Below, in pieces: positions 34,686 through 44,018 of a stretch of 64,000 nt of DNA. The notes beneath the pieces are model-generated. The model was not told where the DNA came from, made no database searches, and was given only the letters and a program-made list of their open reading frames with translations. Numbering within the stretch: position 1 is the stretch's first letter; every line of letters begins with the position of its first letter. This DNA comes from Candidatus Tumulicola sp. (lineage in GTDB: Bacteria > Vulcanimicrobiota > Vulcanimicrobiia > Vulcanimicrobiales > Vulcanimicrobiaceae), in NCBI GenBank assembly GCA_036502885.1, contig DASXXU010000116.1:740-64739 (forward strand), in the 5' to 3' direction. The translations under genes were made by a program, and so were the position numbers.

Positions 34686-34831
34686 GGGGGCCGATATACC
34701 AGCATGCTCGCTCGCGAACCTACTACGCTCGACCACCTCGATAGGCCGGCCTCGGCAGGGGCAATATGCGACCGGCCCGAAGCGCAATCGGTTAATCAAA
34801 GACATAAAACGATTTCATTTTAGGAGTTAAC

Positions 34832-37171
34832 GTGCCCGAATCCGTAACCTTAGAGGTCGGCGGGCGCACGATGGTCATCGAGACCGGCGAACTCGCGAAG
34901 CAAGCAAACGGCTCCGCTCTCGTTCGTTATGGTGATCAAAACGTCGTGCTCTGCGCCGCCACGGCCTCCACACAGCCTCGCGAAGGCATCGATTGGTTTC
35001 CGCTCACCTGCGACTTCGAAGAAAAGATGTATGCAGCCGGAAAAATTCCCGGTGGTTTCATCAAGCGCGAAGGCCGTCCTAGCGAACACGCGGTCTTAAG
35101 TTCGCGTCAGATCGATCGACCGATCCGTCCGCTGTTTCCGGAAGGTTTTCGCAACGACGTGCAAGTCGTCGCGACCGTGCTTTCGGTCGATCCCGAACTC
35201 GACGCCGATGTTTTGGGCGTTTGCGCTGCCGGCGCTGCGCTCGCGTTGAGCGACATTCCGTTCGACAAAACGGTTGCCGCCGTACGCGTCGGTCGCGACG
35301 AGGACGGCAAATTCATCGCCAACCCTACGCTTCCCCAATACGAGACCGGCGGACTGGAAATCGTCGTAGCCGGAACCGCCGACGCGGTGATGATGGTCGA
35401 AGGCAGCGCACACGAGATCGATGAGGAAGACTTCCTCAAAGCGGTCGCGTTCGCACACGACGAGATTCGTAAGATCGTTGCCGCCATCGACAAACTCGTC
35501 AAGAAATCCGGAAAGAAGAAAAGCGAGTTCGTCGTCGCAAAGCCCGACGGCGATCTCGACAAGTTCGTTCGCAAATCGTTCGCCAAGGACGTTGCGAAAG
35601 CGATGCGCATCGTCGAAAAAGGCAAACGCGAAGAGGCGTTTGCCGAACTGAACGCCGACGAAGCGATCGCACGTTGCGGTAAAAAGGACGCGAACGTCCG
35701 CGCGCTGCTCGAAAATTCGGCCACGCGCAAAGAATTCCATAAGATCATCAAATCGATGGAAGAGGACGAGCTGCGTACGATGGTCGTGGACGAAAAAATT
35801 CGTCCCGACGGCCGCAAGCCCGACGAAATCCGCCCGATCTGGTCGAAAGTGCATTACGTGCCGCGCGTTCACGGATCCGGCGTTTTTACGCGCGGTCAAA
35901 CGCAAGTGTTTAGCGCTGCGACGCTCGGCTCGAGCAGCGATGCACAACGTCTCGACGGTATCGTCAAACTCGAAGACAAACGCTACATGCACTTTTACAA
36001 CTTCCCGCCGTTCTCGGTCGGCGAGACGCGCCCGATGCGCGGTCCCGGCCGTCGCGAAATCGGACACGGCGCATTAGCCGAACGGGCGCTGCTCCCGGTG
36101 CTGCCGCCCAAATCCGAGTTCCCGTACACGATGCGCGTGATGAGCGAAGTGCTCGAATCGAACGGCTCGTCGTCGATGGCCTCGGTTTGCGGTTCCACGC
36201 TCGCGTTAATGGACGCCGGCGTGCCGATCACCGCGCACGTCGCGGGCGTCGCGATGGGGTTGATTCTCAAGGGCGATAAGTACGCGATCCTGACCGACAT
36301 TCAGGGCCTCGAGGACGCGCTGGGCGAGATGGACTTCAAAGTTGCCGGCACAAAAAAAGGCATCACGGCAATCCAGATGGACATCAAAGTCCAAGGCATC
36401 ACCATCGACATCATGCGTGAAGCGATGGCTAGCGCCAAGAAGTCGCGCTATTTCATCATCGACAAACTGGCCGAAACGATCGCCGAGCCGCGTCGCGAAC
36501 TTTCTAACTTCGCGCCGCGCATGATCATCGTCAAGATCGATCCCGCCAAGATCAAAGACGTGATCGGGCCGGGCGGAAAGGTGATCAACAAGATCATCGC
36601 CGACACGGGCGTTACGAAGATCGACATCGAGGACGATGGTTCGGTCTACATCACGTCGGCCGACGGCGAATCCGGCGATAAGGCCAAGACGATCGTCGAA
36701 AATCTGACCAAAGAGATCAAAGTCGGCGAAACGTACGAAGGCACCGTCGTCCGGATCATTCCGATCGGTGCGTTCGTGCAGATTCTGCCGGGCAAGGACG
36801 GCCTCGTCCACATCAGCCAGTTGGCGCCGCAACGCGTCGAAAAGGTTGAAGACGTCGTGTCGCTTGGCGATACCGTTACGGTCAAAGTAATGGAAATCGA
36901 CTCGCAAGGACGCGTGAATCTGTCGCGTAAGGCCGTGCTCGGATCGTCCAACGGCGCATCGCAAGAACGCAGCGCGCCGCAAGAACGCAGTGCACCGCAA
37001 GAACGTAGCGCACCGCCGGACCGTCCGAAACGCCCGGCCCGCGATTACGAAGACGAACGCAACGGTTCGAGTGCCACCTCGTACGAAGCCGAAGAGGTTC
37101 CCGCACCTGACGCTCCCGGCGCACCGCCGACGCGGCGGAGGCGGAGACCCCAAGGCCGCCGCGACGACTAG
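34832..37171 (+). CDS. pnp: Polynucleotide phosphorylase with an extended Arg/Glu/Pro-rich C-terminal tail
   Basis: Two RNase PH domains ('FYNFPPFSVGE'), KH ('GPGGKVINKIIADTG') and S1 ('YEGTVVRIIPIGAFV'). Length 779 aa. GTG start after TAGGAG. Confidence 0.97.
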   Translation: MPESVTLEVGGRTMVIETGELAKQANGSALVRYGDQNVVLCAATASTQPREGIDWFPLTCDFEEKMYAAGKIPGGFIKREGRPSEHAVLSSRQIDRPIRPLFPEGFRNDVQVVATVLSVDPELDADVLGVCAAGAALALSDIPFDKTVAAVRVGRDEDGKFIANPTLPQYETGGLEIVVAGTADAVMMVEGSAHEIDEEDFLKAVAFAHDEIRKIVAAIDKLVKKSGKKKSEFVVAKPDGDLDKFVRKSFAKDVAKAMRIVEKGKREEAFAELNADEAIARCGKKDANVRALLENSATRKEFHKIIKSMEEDELRTMVVDEKIRPDGRKPDEIRPIWSKVHYVPRVHGSGVFTRGQTQVFSAATLGSSSDAQRLDGIVKLEDKRYMHFYNFPPFSVGETRPMRGPGRREIGHGALAERALLPVLPPKSEFPYTMRVMSEVLESNGSSSMASVCGSTLALMDAGVPITAHVAGVAMGLILKGDKYAILTDIQGLEDALGEMDFKVAGTKKGITAIQMDIKVQGITIDIMREAMASAKKSRYFIIDKLAETIAEPRRELSNFAPRMIIVKIDPAKIKDVIGPGGKVINKIIADTGVTKIDIEDDGSVYITSADGESGDKAKTIVENLTKEIKVGETYEGTVVRIIPIGAFVQILPGKDGLVHISQLAPQRVEKVEDVVSLGDTVTVKVMEIDSQGRVNLSRKAVLGSSNGASQERSAPQERSAPQERSAPPDRPKRPARDYEDERNGSSATSYEAEEVPAPDAPGAPPTRRRRRPQGRRDD
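36962..37015 (+). repeat. 3 x 18-bp tandem repeat inside the pnp tail (encodes QERSAP x3)
   Basis: caagaacgcagcgcgccg / caagaacgcagtgcaccg / caagaacgtagcgcaccg. The units differ only at synonymous positions. Confidence 0.9.
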
Positions 37172-37173
37172 CT

Positions 37174-37201
37174 AGTTTGCGGTTCGAGCCAGCCGCAAAC
37201 T
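37174..37201. terminator. Hairpin between the convergent pnp and outer-membrane-protein genes
   Basis: AGTTTGCGG-ttcgagccag-CCGCAAACT. There is no clear U-tract. Confidence 0.3.
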
Positions 37202-39047
37202 AAAAGCCGATTCGTAAGCCGGCGCTCACGTACGTCGTGCGCATCAGGTCTTGGATGCCGGCATACCATCTCAGCCCTCGGTAAACGGGGCCGGACACGT
37301 CGCCGTCGATGTGTTCGAACGGCAATCCATTAAGGAAATCCCGGCGATAGATCGCATCGAAGCGAATGGCGCCGGGATTTTCATATGTCAACCAAATCGC
37401 GTCGGCGTTCCAGGTTCCAGCCGATGGCAAGTAGGGCGAATAGAGCGGCTGCGCCGTCGTATCGTCGACGTGCATGAACCACGCGCGCAGCGAAAACGCC
37501 GGCGCAAACTGCCACGTGGTGGAAACCCCGGCGCTGGTAATTATGCCGTTATCCGCACCGTAGACGTGTTGCGTCGCGGCTTCGACGTCGACGCGCACGC
37601 GCTGCATATCCGTATAGGATAGCGTCCCCACGAACGAGGAGGCGCGATCGAGTTGCAGCGTGTCGTATTCCACCGCGTCGTATTGTTGCACCAGCGTCGG
37701 CAACGTAAACGATTCGTTGGCGGCAAACGACGCGCCCCAACGATCCTTCGGAAAGAGCCGGAGTTGCAACGACGGCGTTGTGAGCGCCGCGTGATAGCCG
37801 CCCGAATCGGCAAAACCGTAACCGCTGTAATCGATACCAAACGTTCCGGCTCCCGCGACGACTTGATAATCGGGTTCGTCGGCTTCGAAACCGTAGTCGA
37901 TCCGGCGCTGCGCGAAACTGCCGGTGGCATCGTATAAATCGCCGCTCGCGTCGTACGAACCGCTCGACAAACGCACGCCGGCATCGGCAAACACGAATAC
38001 GGATCCGTGGGTGCGAACGCCCGCGCTAAATCCAGAATCGGCCCAGGCAGCATCGTACGGGGTCGCGGTTCCAGACGTCGAGTAAATGCCGCGATCGGCG
38101 ATCAAGTCGACTGCAGCGTCGTATTCCGGCGTTGCGTCGGTGTAACTGGCGCGTCCGAACGAATATGCGCCCTCGATCGAATCGCCCGTAGCACCGGCCT
38201 CGCGGTACTGCGACGTCGCGACATCGAAGCCGAGCGTTTGCGTGGCCGCGAGTTGCGCTTGAAACCGACCGTCGAAGCGCTGGCGCCAATCGGTCGCATC
38301 GTCCGAAGCGGTTAGCACCGCGCCGGCTTGCGGGGTTCCAGCCTGCAATCGCAGCGACGTATCGCCGCCGATGAGCGCAACGAGTTCGTTATCGTCACCG
38401 AATGGGTCGGTCGAAACGGTACCGGAACCGCCGCGGTCTCCATACAGAAACGCGTCCGCCGGGGGCGCGATGTTCGCCGAGCGGACTTGGTTCTGCGGAA
38501 TCGCGTCGTACGTACTCGTTCCATCGACGATGTCGTAACTTGGAACGCCGGAGTCTACCAACAGTGATGCAGCCGGCGCGAATCCAAGCGTGCTTAGTTG
38601 CGACCCGGTTGTCGCGACCGTCGTTTGCCGGAGCAGCGTAAATGGCCGCAGGGCGAGCGATGACTCTACTCGGGAGTATGGCAAGTTCTCAAGATCGGCT
38701 GGGGTCGGCGAGTCGGAGAGCAGCGCTTCGAACCGGCGTACGATCGCAACGACCGGCTTCCCGGGAACGACTGCCACCGATGTCTCCTGGCAGAAACGGC
38801 AATGAATCGTAAGGCGCTGGACGCCCGAACCGGTCAACGCGAACGTCCCGGCAGCATCGGTTTGTGTCGTGCCGACCGGTGCGCCGGCTGCCGAAAGACC
38901 ATCGACGGTCGCGCCGGCGATCGCCTCACCACTGCGATCGCGGACCGACCCCACGGTCAGCGCCGTCTGTGCTCGCGCGGGCTCCGCCCACCCCACGGCA
39001 AGCGAGGCGGCCAGGAAAAAGAGCGCTCGAATTTGCCGGCGGTTCAC
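37200..39047 (-). CDS. TonB-dependent-receptor-like outer-membrane beta-barrel with an N-terminal carboxypeptidase-regulatory-like domain
   Basis: Signal peptide ('...GWAEPARA|Q'), 'GSVRDRSGEAIAGATVDG...TDAAGTFAL', a long Gly/Ser/Asp/Tyr-rich strand region and a C-terminus '...SAGLRIGF' ending in Phe. Confidence 0.7.
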   Translation of the reverse strand: MNRRQIRALFFLAASLAVGWAEPARAQTALTVGSVRDRSGEAIAGATVDGLSAAGAPVGTTQTDAAGTFALTGSGVQRLTIHCRFCQETSVAVVPGKPVVAIVRRFEALLSDSPTPADLENLPYSRVESSLALRPFTLLRQTTVATTGSQLSTLGFAPAASLLVDSGVPSYDIVDGTSTYDAIPQNQVRSANIAPPADAFLYGDRGGSGTVSTDPFGDDNELVALIGGDTSLRLQAGTPQAGAVLTASDDATDWRQRFDGRFQAQLAATQTLGFDVATSQYREAGATGDSIEGAYSFGRASYTDATPEYDAAVDLIADRGIYSTSGTATPYDAAWADSGFSAGVRTHGSVFVFADAGVRLSSGSYDASGDLYDATGSFAQRRIDYGFEADEPDYQVVAGAGTFGIDYSGYGFADSGGYHAALTTPSLQLRLFPKDRWGASFAANESFTLPTLVQQYDAVEYDTLQLDRASSFVGTLSYTDMQRVRVDVEAATQHVYGADNGIITSAGVSTTWQFAPAFSLRAWFMHVDDTTAQPLYSPYLPSAGTWNADAIWLTYENPGAIRFDAIYRRDFLNGLPFEHIDGDVSGPVYRGLRWYAGIQDLMRTTYVSAGLRIGF

Positions 39048-39081
39048 GGATTCCTAACACCTTCCGCTATAATCGAAAGCA

Positions 39082-39345
39082 GTGTCAAGAATACCGTTCC
39101 GGCGGACGCTGCTTGCCGTCGGATTCGCCGTAGGTGCCTCGCTGGCAGCCTACGGCGCCACCCAAGCCGCCTCGGTGGCGGATTTGCTCGCGCAGGGAGC
39201 GCTCGCCCCGCAGGCGCCGGCGCTGCTCGGCCCTATTACGTCGGCCGGACGGGTCGGCTGGGAGTGCAAGCCCGAACGCGCGGCTGCTGCGAAGGGCTCG
39301 CACGAAGCCGAGCTGCCGCCGCCCGATCCTTCGCCGCTGCCCTGA
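39082..39345 (+). CDS. Small secreted protein (87 aa), unknown function
   Basis: GTG start. Signal peptide 'RIPFRRTLLAVGFAVGASLAAYGATQA'. GC3-rich. The stop lies 3 nt before the TPR gene. No family recognised. Confidence 0.4.
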   Translation: MSRIPFRRTLLAVGFAVGASLAAYGATQAASVADLLAQGALAPQAPALLGPITSAGRVGWECKPERAAAAKGSHEAELPPPDPSPLP

Positions 39346-39348
39346 CCC

Positions 39349-40161
39349 GTGCGGCGCACTATCGTGGCCGTCGCACTGGCGGCAATCGCCGCATCGGCCC
39401 CGGCCGGCGCGCAAGTCTACGCCCCCGGAACACCGGCTCCGCGAACGACCTCCGTTCCCGCCATGCGCGCGCTCGCGACCGCCCGCGAGGTCGAAGAGCG
39501 ATTTCGCATCGGTCTGCAAGATCAAGCCACCGGCAAGTGGAGCGCGTCCGCGCTGGAGTTTGCGAGAATCGTTCAACTGCACCCACCCGAGCCGAAAGGT
39601 TCGACGGCATTTTACGATCTCGGAATCGCCTACGCGCACCTCGATCGTAACGCAGAAGCGGCTACCGCCTTTCGTTCTGCTATACAGATCGACCGCGAAT
39701 TCCTCGCAGCTATGGCGAACTTAATCTCAGTCGACATCGCTACCGGCAATTTGCAGGACGCGCGTTCCGTCGCAGATCGCTACATTGCCCTCGCTCCCGA
39801 CTCGGCCCGCGCCGTCTACTCACGCGGCATCGTCGCGTTGCAGGCCGGCGACGCTAGTACCGCTCGCAGTGATTTCGGCAAGCTTCTCTCCCTCGATCCG
39901 GCATATGCGGTAGCGCATTACGGCCTCGCGCTGGCCGAAGAACGCCTGATGCAATACCCCGAAGCGGAACGGGAGTTACGAACCGCGCTCACGTTGGCCC
40001 CGAACTACGCACGGGCCGAATTCGCCCTAGGCGTCGTCCTTTTGGCACAAGCCCGGCGCGGGCAGGCGCGCGAAGCGTTCGCACGGGCGTGCCAACTATC
40101 GACCGGCGATCCGGCGTTGTCGAACCTGGCCGCCTCGATGCGGGATTCGATCACCCGCTGA
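39349..40161 (+). CDS. Secreted TPR-repeat protein
   Basis: Signal peptide, then several TPR-like units ('AFRSAIQIDREFLAA', 'FGKLLSLDPAYAVAHYGLA', 'LRTALTLAPNYARAEFALG'). Confidence 0.75.
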   Translation: MRRTIVAVALAAIAASAPAGAQVYAPGTPAPRTTSVPAMRALATAREVEERFRIGLQDQATGKWSASALEFARIVQLHPPEPKGSTAFYDLGIAYAHLDRNAEAATAFRSAIQIDREFLAAMANLISVDIATGNLQDARSVADRYIALAPDSARAVYSRGIVALQAGDASTARSDFGKLLSLDPAYAVAHYGLALAEERLMQYPEAERELRTALTLAPNYARAEFALGVVLLAQARRGQAREAFARACQLSTGDPALSNLAASMRDSITR

Positions 40162-40232
40162 TCCTTCACACTTTCTTCATCGTGCGCCGTTACGGTGCTC
40201 TCACACAGCATATTGCAAGAGAGGAACGTATC

Positions 40233-40805
40233 GTGAAGCAGCGATTGGGTACAGTTGTGGTTTTTGTCGCGGCCTGCGCGCTGGCGGCATGCGCGGGTAA
40301 CGCCGGCTCGACGGCGTCGCAAAGCGGCAACAACGTGATGACCATGCCACTCGAACAAGATATGGTCGTTCAGGCCAAGCTCCCGAAGAACACCGTCGGT
40401 GAAGAACTCCCAAGCGAAGGCGTCGGAACCGAAAACGATCCCACGTGGGGCACGGTTGGCGGATACACGCAAACCAAAAAAGCACAAGTTTTAGCCTTTC
40501 CGCCGGGCACCAAATTGACGATTAGAAATCTTTCGAAATCGATCCCGCACACGTTCAACGTTGTCATGAAAGCCGGAAAGCCGCCGGCGAAGTTTCCGCC
40601 GAATCCGTCCTTGTCGACGAACCCTTCGGGCAACGGCGTTTTAGGAATCGGTTACGCCAGCGGCGTTATCGAACCGGGTAAGACCGTCACGGTAACACTG
40701 TCGAAGAAAGGCACCTATCTGATCGGCTGCGCGTTCCATTATGCCGAGGGCATGCAAGACGTAATCGTAGTCAAGACGGGCGCGACGCCCGGGCCGCAAG
40801 GCTAG
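40233..40805 (+). CDS. Type-1 copper (cupredoxin, pseudoazurin/plastocyanin-like) lipoprotein
   Basis: ORF 40089.. is trimmed to GTG 40233 after AGAGGAA. Lipobox 'ALAA|C'. Cu ligands 'IPHTFNV' and 'GCAFHYAEGM' (C-x2-H-x4-M). Confidence 0.8.
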   Translation: MKQRLGTVVVFVAACALAACAGNAGSTASQSGNNVMTMPLEQDMVVQAKLPKNTVGEELPSEGVGTENDPTWGTVGGYTQTKKAQVLAFPPGTKLTIRNLSKSIPHTFNVVMKAGKPPAKFPPNPSLSTNPSGNGVLGIGYASGVIEPGKTVTVTLSKKGTYLIGCAFHYAEGMQDVIVVKTGATPGPQG

Positions 40806-40827
40806 TAGCGACGAAGCTGGATCCGGC

Positions 40828-41496
40828 GTGCGTATTCTAGTCGTAGAAGACAATGAGACCATCGCGAACGCGGTGCGAACCATGCTCGAGGCGCGCAAGT
40901 TTGCGACGCGCGTCGTCAGCGACGGCCGCCACGGCCTCGAGCGTCTTCTGGGCGAGGGATACGATGCGGCCATCGTGGATGTCGGGCTACCTGGGTTGGA
41001 CGGGTTCTCGATCGCGCGCTCGGCGCGCGCCGCCGGAGTCTGGACCCCGATTCTCATGTTGACGGCTCGCGATGCGATCGAAGATCGTGTCGCGGGCCTC
41101 GACTGTGGCGCCGACGACTACCTCGTCAAACCGTTCGTCGAGAGCGAGTTGATCGCGCGGCTGCAATCGATCGTTCGTCGCGGGAGCGGCCCGCAAGTTA
41201 CGATTTTACAAGCCGGACGGCTCGCAATGAACCTGGGGGCACGCGCCGTTTCGTATAATGGCGTGCACGTCGATCTCGGTGCGACCGAGTTCCGGGTTCT
41301 CGAATACCTCATCCGCAACGCCGGCATAGCGTTGAGCCGCAATCAAATCTTGGAAAAGATCTGGGACGAGGACTTCGACGGGTCCAGCAACATCGTCGAC
41401 GTCTACGTCAGCCAGCTTCGTAAAAAGCTAAAGAAAGCCGGCGGCGAACGTGTGATCGACACCGTATGGGGCGTAGGATACCGCTTGCTTCGCTAA
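40828..41496 (+). CDS. OmpR-family response regulator
   Basis: Receiver 'ILVVEDNETI' and 'AAIVDVGLPGLDG'. Winged helix '...IDTVWGVGYRL'. Confidence 0.93.
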   Translation: MRILVVEDNETIANAVRTMLEARKFATRVVSDGRHGLERLLGEGYDAAIVDVGLPGLDGFSIARSARAAGVWTPILMLTARDAIEDRVAGLDCGADDYLVKPFVESELIARLQSIVRRGSGPQVTILQAGRLAMNLGARAVSYNGVHVDLGATEFRVLEYLIRNAGIALSRNQILEKIWDEDFDGSSNIVDVYVSQLRKKLKKAGGERVIDTVWGVGYRLLR

Positions 41497-42413
41497 TCAC
41501 GCGCACCGCCGCGTTATATCTCGCCGTCTTCGTGCTCGTGTTGCTCGCCCTCGATGCGGGCGCTTACGCATTCGTCCTACGGGAATATTCCTCGCTGTTG
41601 CAACCAGCGCTCGGAACGCCCGAGGGATCCGCAGGTCTGGCCAGCTCGATGCGACCCGTGGCGTTGGCCATCGCCGCGATCGACGTGCCGCTGATCGTTA
41701 TCGTCGCGGTCGCTTCGTACGTGCTCGCGCGAGCGTCGATCGCTCCCATCGCCGCTGCTCGCGAACGCGAACACATTTTTGCCGCCGGCGTAGCGCACGA
41801 ACTACGTTCCCCTTTAACCACGATTGCCAGCGTTGCGCAAGCCAACGCGGCGACTGCCGATTCCGCGCATCGCCAGGCGTTCGAAACCATCGCCGCACAA
41901 GCGTTCGAGGCATCCGGGATCGTCGGCGATTTGCTCACGCTGGCCCGCAGGCCGGGGCCGGAGGTGCTTCAATGCGAGCCGGTAGACCTGGGTTCGATCG
42001 TGGGCCGCTGCGCGCGAGACGCCGGGCCGTATGCGACGGAGCGCGGCGTACGCATCGAATGCGAACCATCCGGCGCGATCGTCGATGGTGACGAACGGCG
42101 CTTGCGCGAGCTCACACGCAACCTGCTCGAAAACGCGATCCGTCACGCGCACGGCTACGTTCGCATTGCCTCGCGAAACGATGGGCACTCGTGCGAAATC
42201 TCCGTCGAAGACGACGGCGACGGAATCCCGGATGCCGATCGCGAGCGCATCTTCGAGCGTTTCTATCGTGGACGGCAAGACGGTCTCGGCGCCGGCTTAG
42301 GCTTGGCGATCGTCCAATGGATCGCGCACGCGCACCGCGGCGAAGTGTCGGTTTCAAGCGCGCCGGGCGGCGGCGCTCGCTTCGTCGCCACGATGCCCGC
42401 CTACACGGCCTAG
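41466..42413 (+). CDS. Sensor histidine kinase (two TM helices, short periplasmic loop)
   Basis: H-box 'HELRSPLTTI', N-box 'LLENAIRHA', G-boxes 'DDGDGIP' and 'GAGLGLAIV'. It overlaps the response-regulator gene by 31 nt. Confidence 0.88.
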   Translation: MGRRIPLASLITRTAALYLAVFVLVLLALDAGAYAFVLREYSSLLQPALGTPEGSAGLASSMRPVALAIAAIDVPLIVIVAVASYVLARASIAPIAAAREREHIFAAGVAHELRSPLTTIASVAQANAATADSAHRQAFETIAAQAFEASGIVGDLLTLARRPGPEVLQCEPVDLGSIVGRCARDAGPYATERGVRIECEPSGAIVDGDERRLRELTRNLLENAIRHAHGYVRIASRNDGHSCEISVEDDGDGIPDADRERIFERFYRGRQDGLGAGLGLAIVQWIAHAHRGEVSVSSAPGGGARFVATMPAYTA

Positions 42414-42485
42414 CCGTACTTCAGTCTTAGCCCAGCCTTCATGTGCGTTACAGGGGGTGCCGGGCCGCCTTCGTAACAAGCGGCA

Positions 42486-44018
42486 GTGCCGTTTGCGTCC
42501 CTCCAGTCGTTCGTCGACGCCATACGCTCGGCGGGCGAATTGCACGAGATTTCCGTACCGGTCGACCCGTATCTCGAGATCGCGGAGATCACCGATCGTG
42601 TGGTCAAAGCGGGTGGCCCGGCGTTGCTGTTCACGCGCGTCAACGGCTCCAAGTTTCCGGTGCTCACCAATCAGTTCGGAACGCAGCGTCGTATGGCGAT
42701 GGCCCTCGACGCGACGACGCTCGACGAGGCATCCGAACGGTTGCGCAAGCTATTGCAAATCCCGTCGCCGGGAAGATCGCTGCGCGACCGTCTCGGTGCG
42801 TTGGCGTCGCTCGCCCCGCTACGCAACGCATTGCCGAAAATCGTCTCGAACGCACCCGTGCACGAGGTAGTCGATCGCCGGCCGGATCTACGGCAACTTC
42901 CGGTCCTTACGACCTGGCCGCTGGATGCGGGACCGTTTATCACACTTCCGCTCGTGATTACGAACGATCCGAAGACTGGACGTCCGAACGTCGGGATGTA
43001 CCGCATGCAGGTCTACGGTAGCACCGAAACCGGGATGCACTGGCAGCGGCACAAACAAGGGCGCGCGCACGCAGCCGCAGCCGGCAGCAAGATTCCGGTC
43101 GCCGTCGCGATCGGCACGGATCCCGTGCTAACCTACGCTGCGACGGCACCGCTGCCGCCGATCGTCGACGAATTCGCGTTTGCCGGATTGCTGCGCGGAC
43201 GCCCCGTCGAACTGACGCGCGCAAAAACCATCGACCTTTTAGTGCCGGCGAACGCGGAGTTCGTGCTCGAGGGTTACGTCGACAACGACGACCTGCGCAC
43301 CGAGGGGCCGTTCGGCGATCACACCGGCGTGTACAGCCTGGCCGATACCTATCCGACGTTTCACGTCACGTGCCTTACGCGCAAACGCCGTCCCATCTAT
43401 CCGGCAACGGTGGTCGGCAAACCACCGATGGAAGACGCGTGGCTCGGCAAAACGACCGAACGCCTTTTTCTGCCGTTGTTGCAGATGGTGCTGCCCGAAG
43501 TCGTCGACATGAACTTGCCGGTGGAAGGCGGGTTCCACAATTTAGCGATCGTCTCGATTCGCAAATCGTATCCGGGACACGCGAAAAAGGTCATGAGCGC
43601 GTTGTGGGGTCTCGGCCACATGATGATGTTGACGCGCGCGCTGGTGATCGTCGATGCCGACGTCGACGTGCAGGACACGCGCGCGACCGCGTGGTTCGTG
43701 CTCAACAACCTCGCCCCCGAACGCGACCTCGTAACGATGCCGGGACCGGTCGACGATCTCGACCACGGATCGTATAACGTCGCGTACGGCGTAAAAATCG
43801 GAATCGATGCGACGCGCAAGGATGCATCCGAAGGGTACGCACGCGAGTGGCCGCCCGACATGGTCATGAGCGACGACATCCGGCAACGCGTCGCCAAACG
43901 TTGGCGCGAGTACGGTTTGGGAGGCCTCGGTCGCGCCGCCACGCCGGATGATTGGTCGGGGCAAGGGGCCAGCGCATTGCGCCGGTTGATCGGTGACCTC
44001 GGGGAAACGCGCGGGTGA
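42486..44018 (+). CDS. ubiD: UbiD-family (prenyl-FMN-dependent) decarboxylase, menaquinone-type
   Basis: 'NVGMYRMQVYG', 'GDHTGVYS' and 'LPVEGGFHNLAIV'. Length 510 aa. GTG start. Coupled to the UbiA-family gene. Confidence 0.9.
   Translation: MPFASLQSFVDAIRSAGELHEISVPVDPYLEIAEITDRVVKAGGPALLFTRVNGSKFPVLTNQFGTQRRMAMALDATTLDEASERLRKLLQIPSPGRSLRDRLGALASLAPLRNALPKIVSNAPVHEVVDRRPDLRQLPVLTTWPLDAGPFITLPLVITNDPKTGRPNVGMYRMQVYGSTETGMHWQRHKQGRAHAAAAGSKIPVAVAIGTDPVLTYAATAPLPPIVDEFAFAGLLRGRPVELTRAKTIDLLVPANAEFVLEGYVDNDDLRTEGPFGDHTGVYSLADTYPTFHVTCLTRKRRPIYPATVVGKPPMEDAWLGKTTERLFLPLLQMVLPEVVDMNLPVEGGFHNLAIVSIRKSYPGHAKKVMSALWGLGHMMMLTRALVIVDADVDVQDTRATAWFVLNNLAPERDLVTMPGPVDDLDHGSYNVAYGVKIGIDATRKDASEGYAREWPPDMVMSDDIRQRVAKRWREYGLGGLGRAATPDDWSGQGASALRRLIGDLGETRG

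Noticed and set aside
35096-37153. Two long minus-strand ORFs (323 and 315 aa) and several + strand alternative-frame ORFs inside pnp.
   Set aside because: pnp is unambiguous (RNase PH, KH and S1 motifs). The antisense products are Arg/Asp/Phe-rich without a recognisable domain.
38802-39650. A 282-aa + ORF spanning the outer-membrane-protein start, the small secreted ORF and the TPR gene start.
   Set aside because: The translation is extremely Arg-rich and crosses two better-supported genes in other frames.
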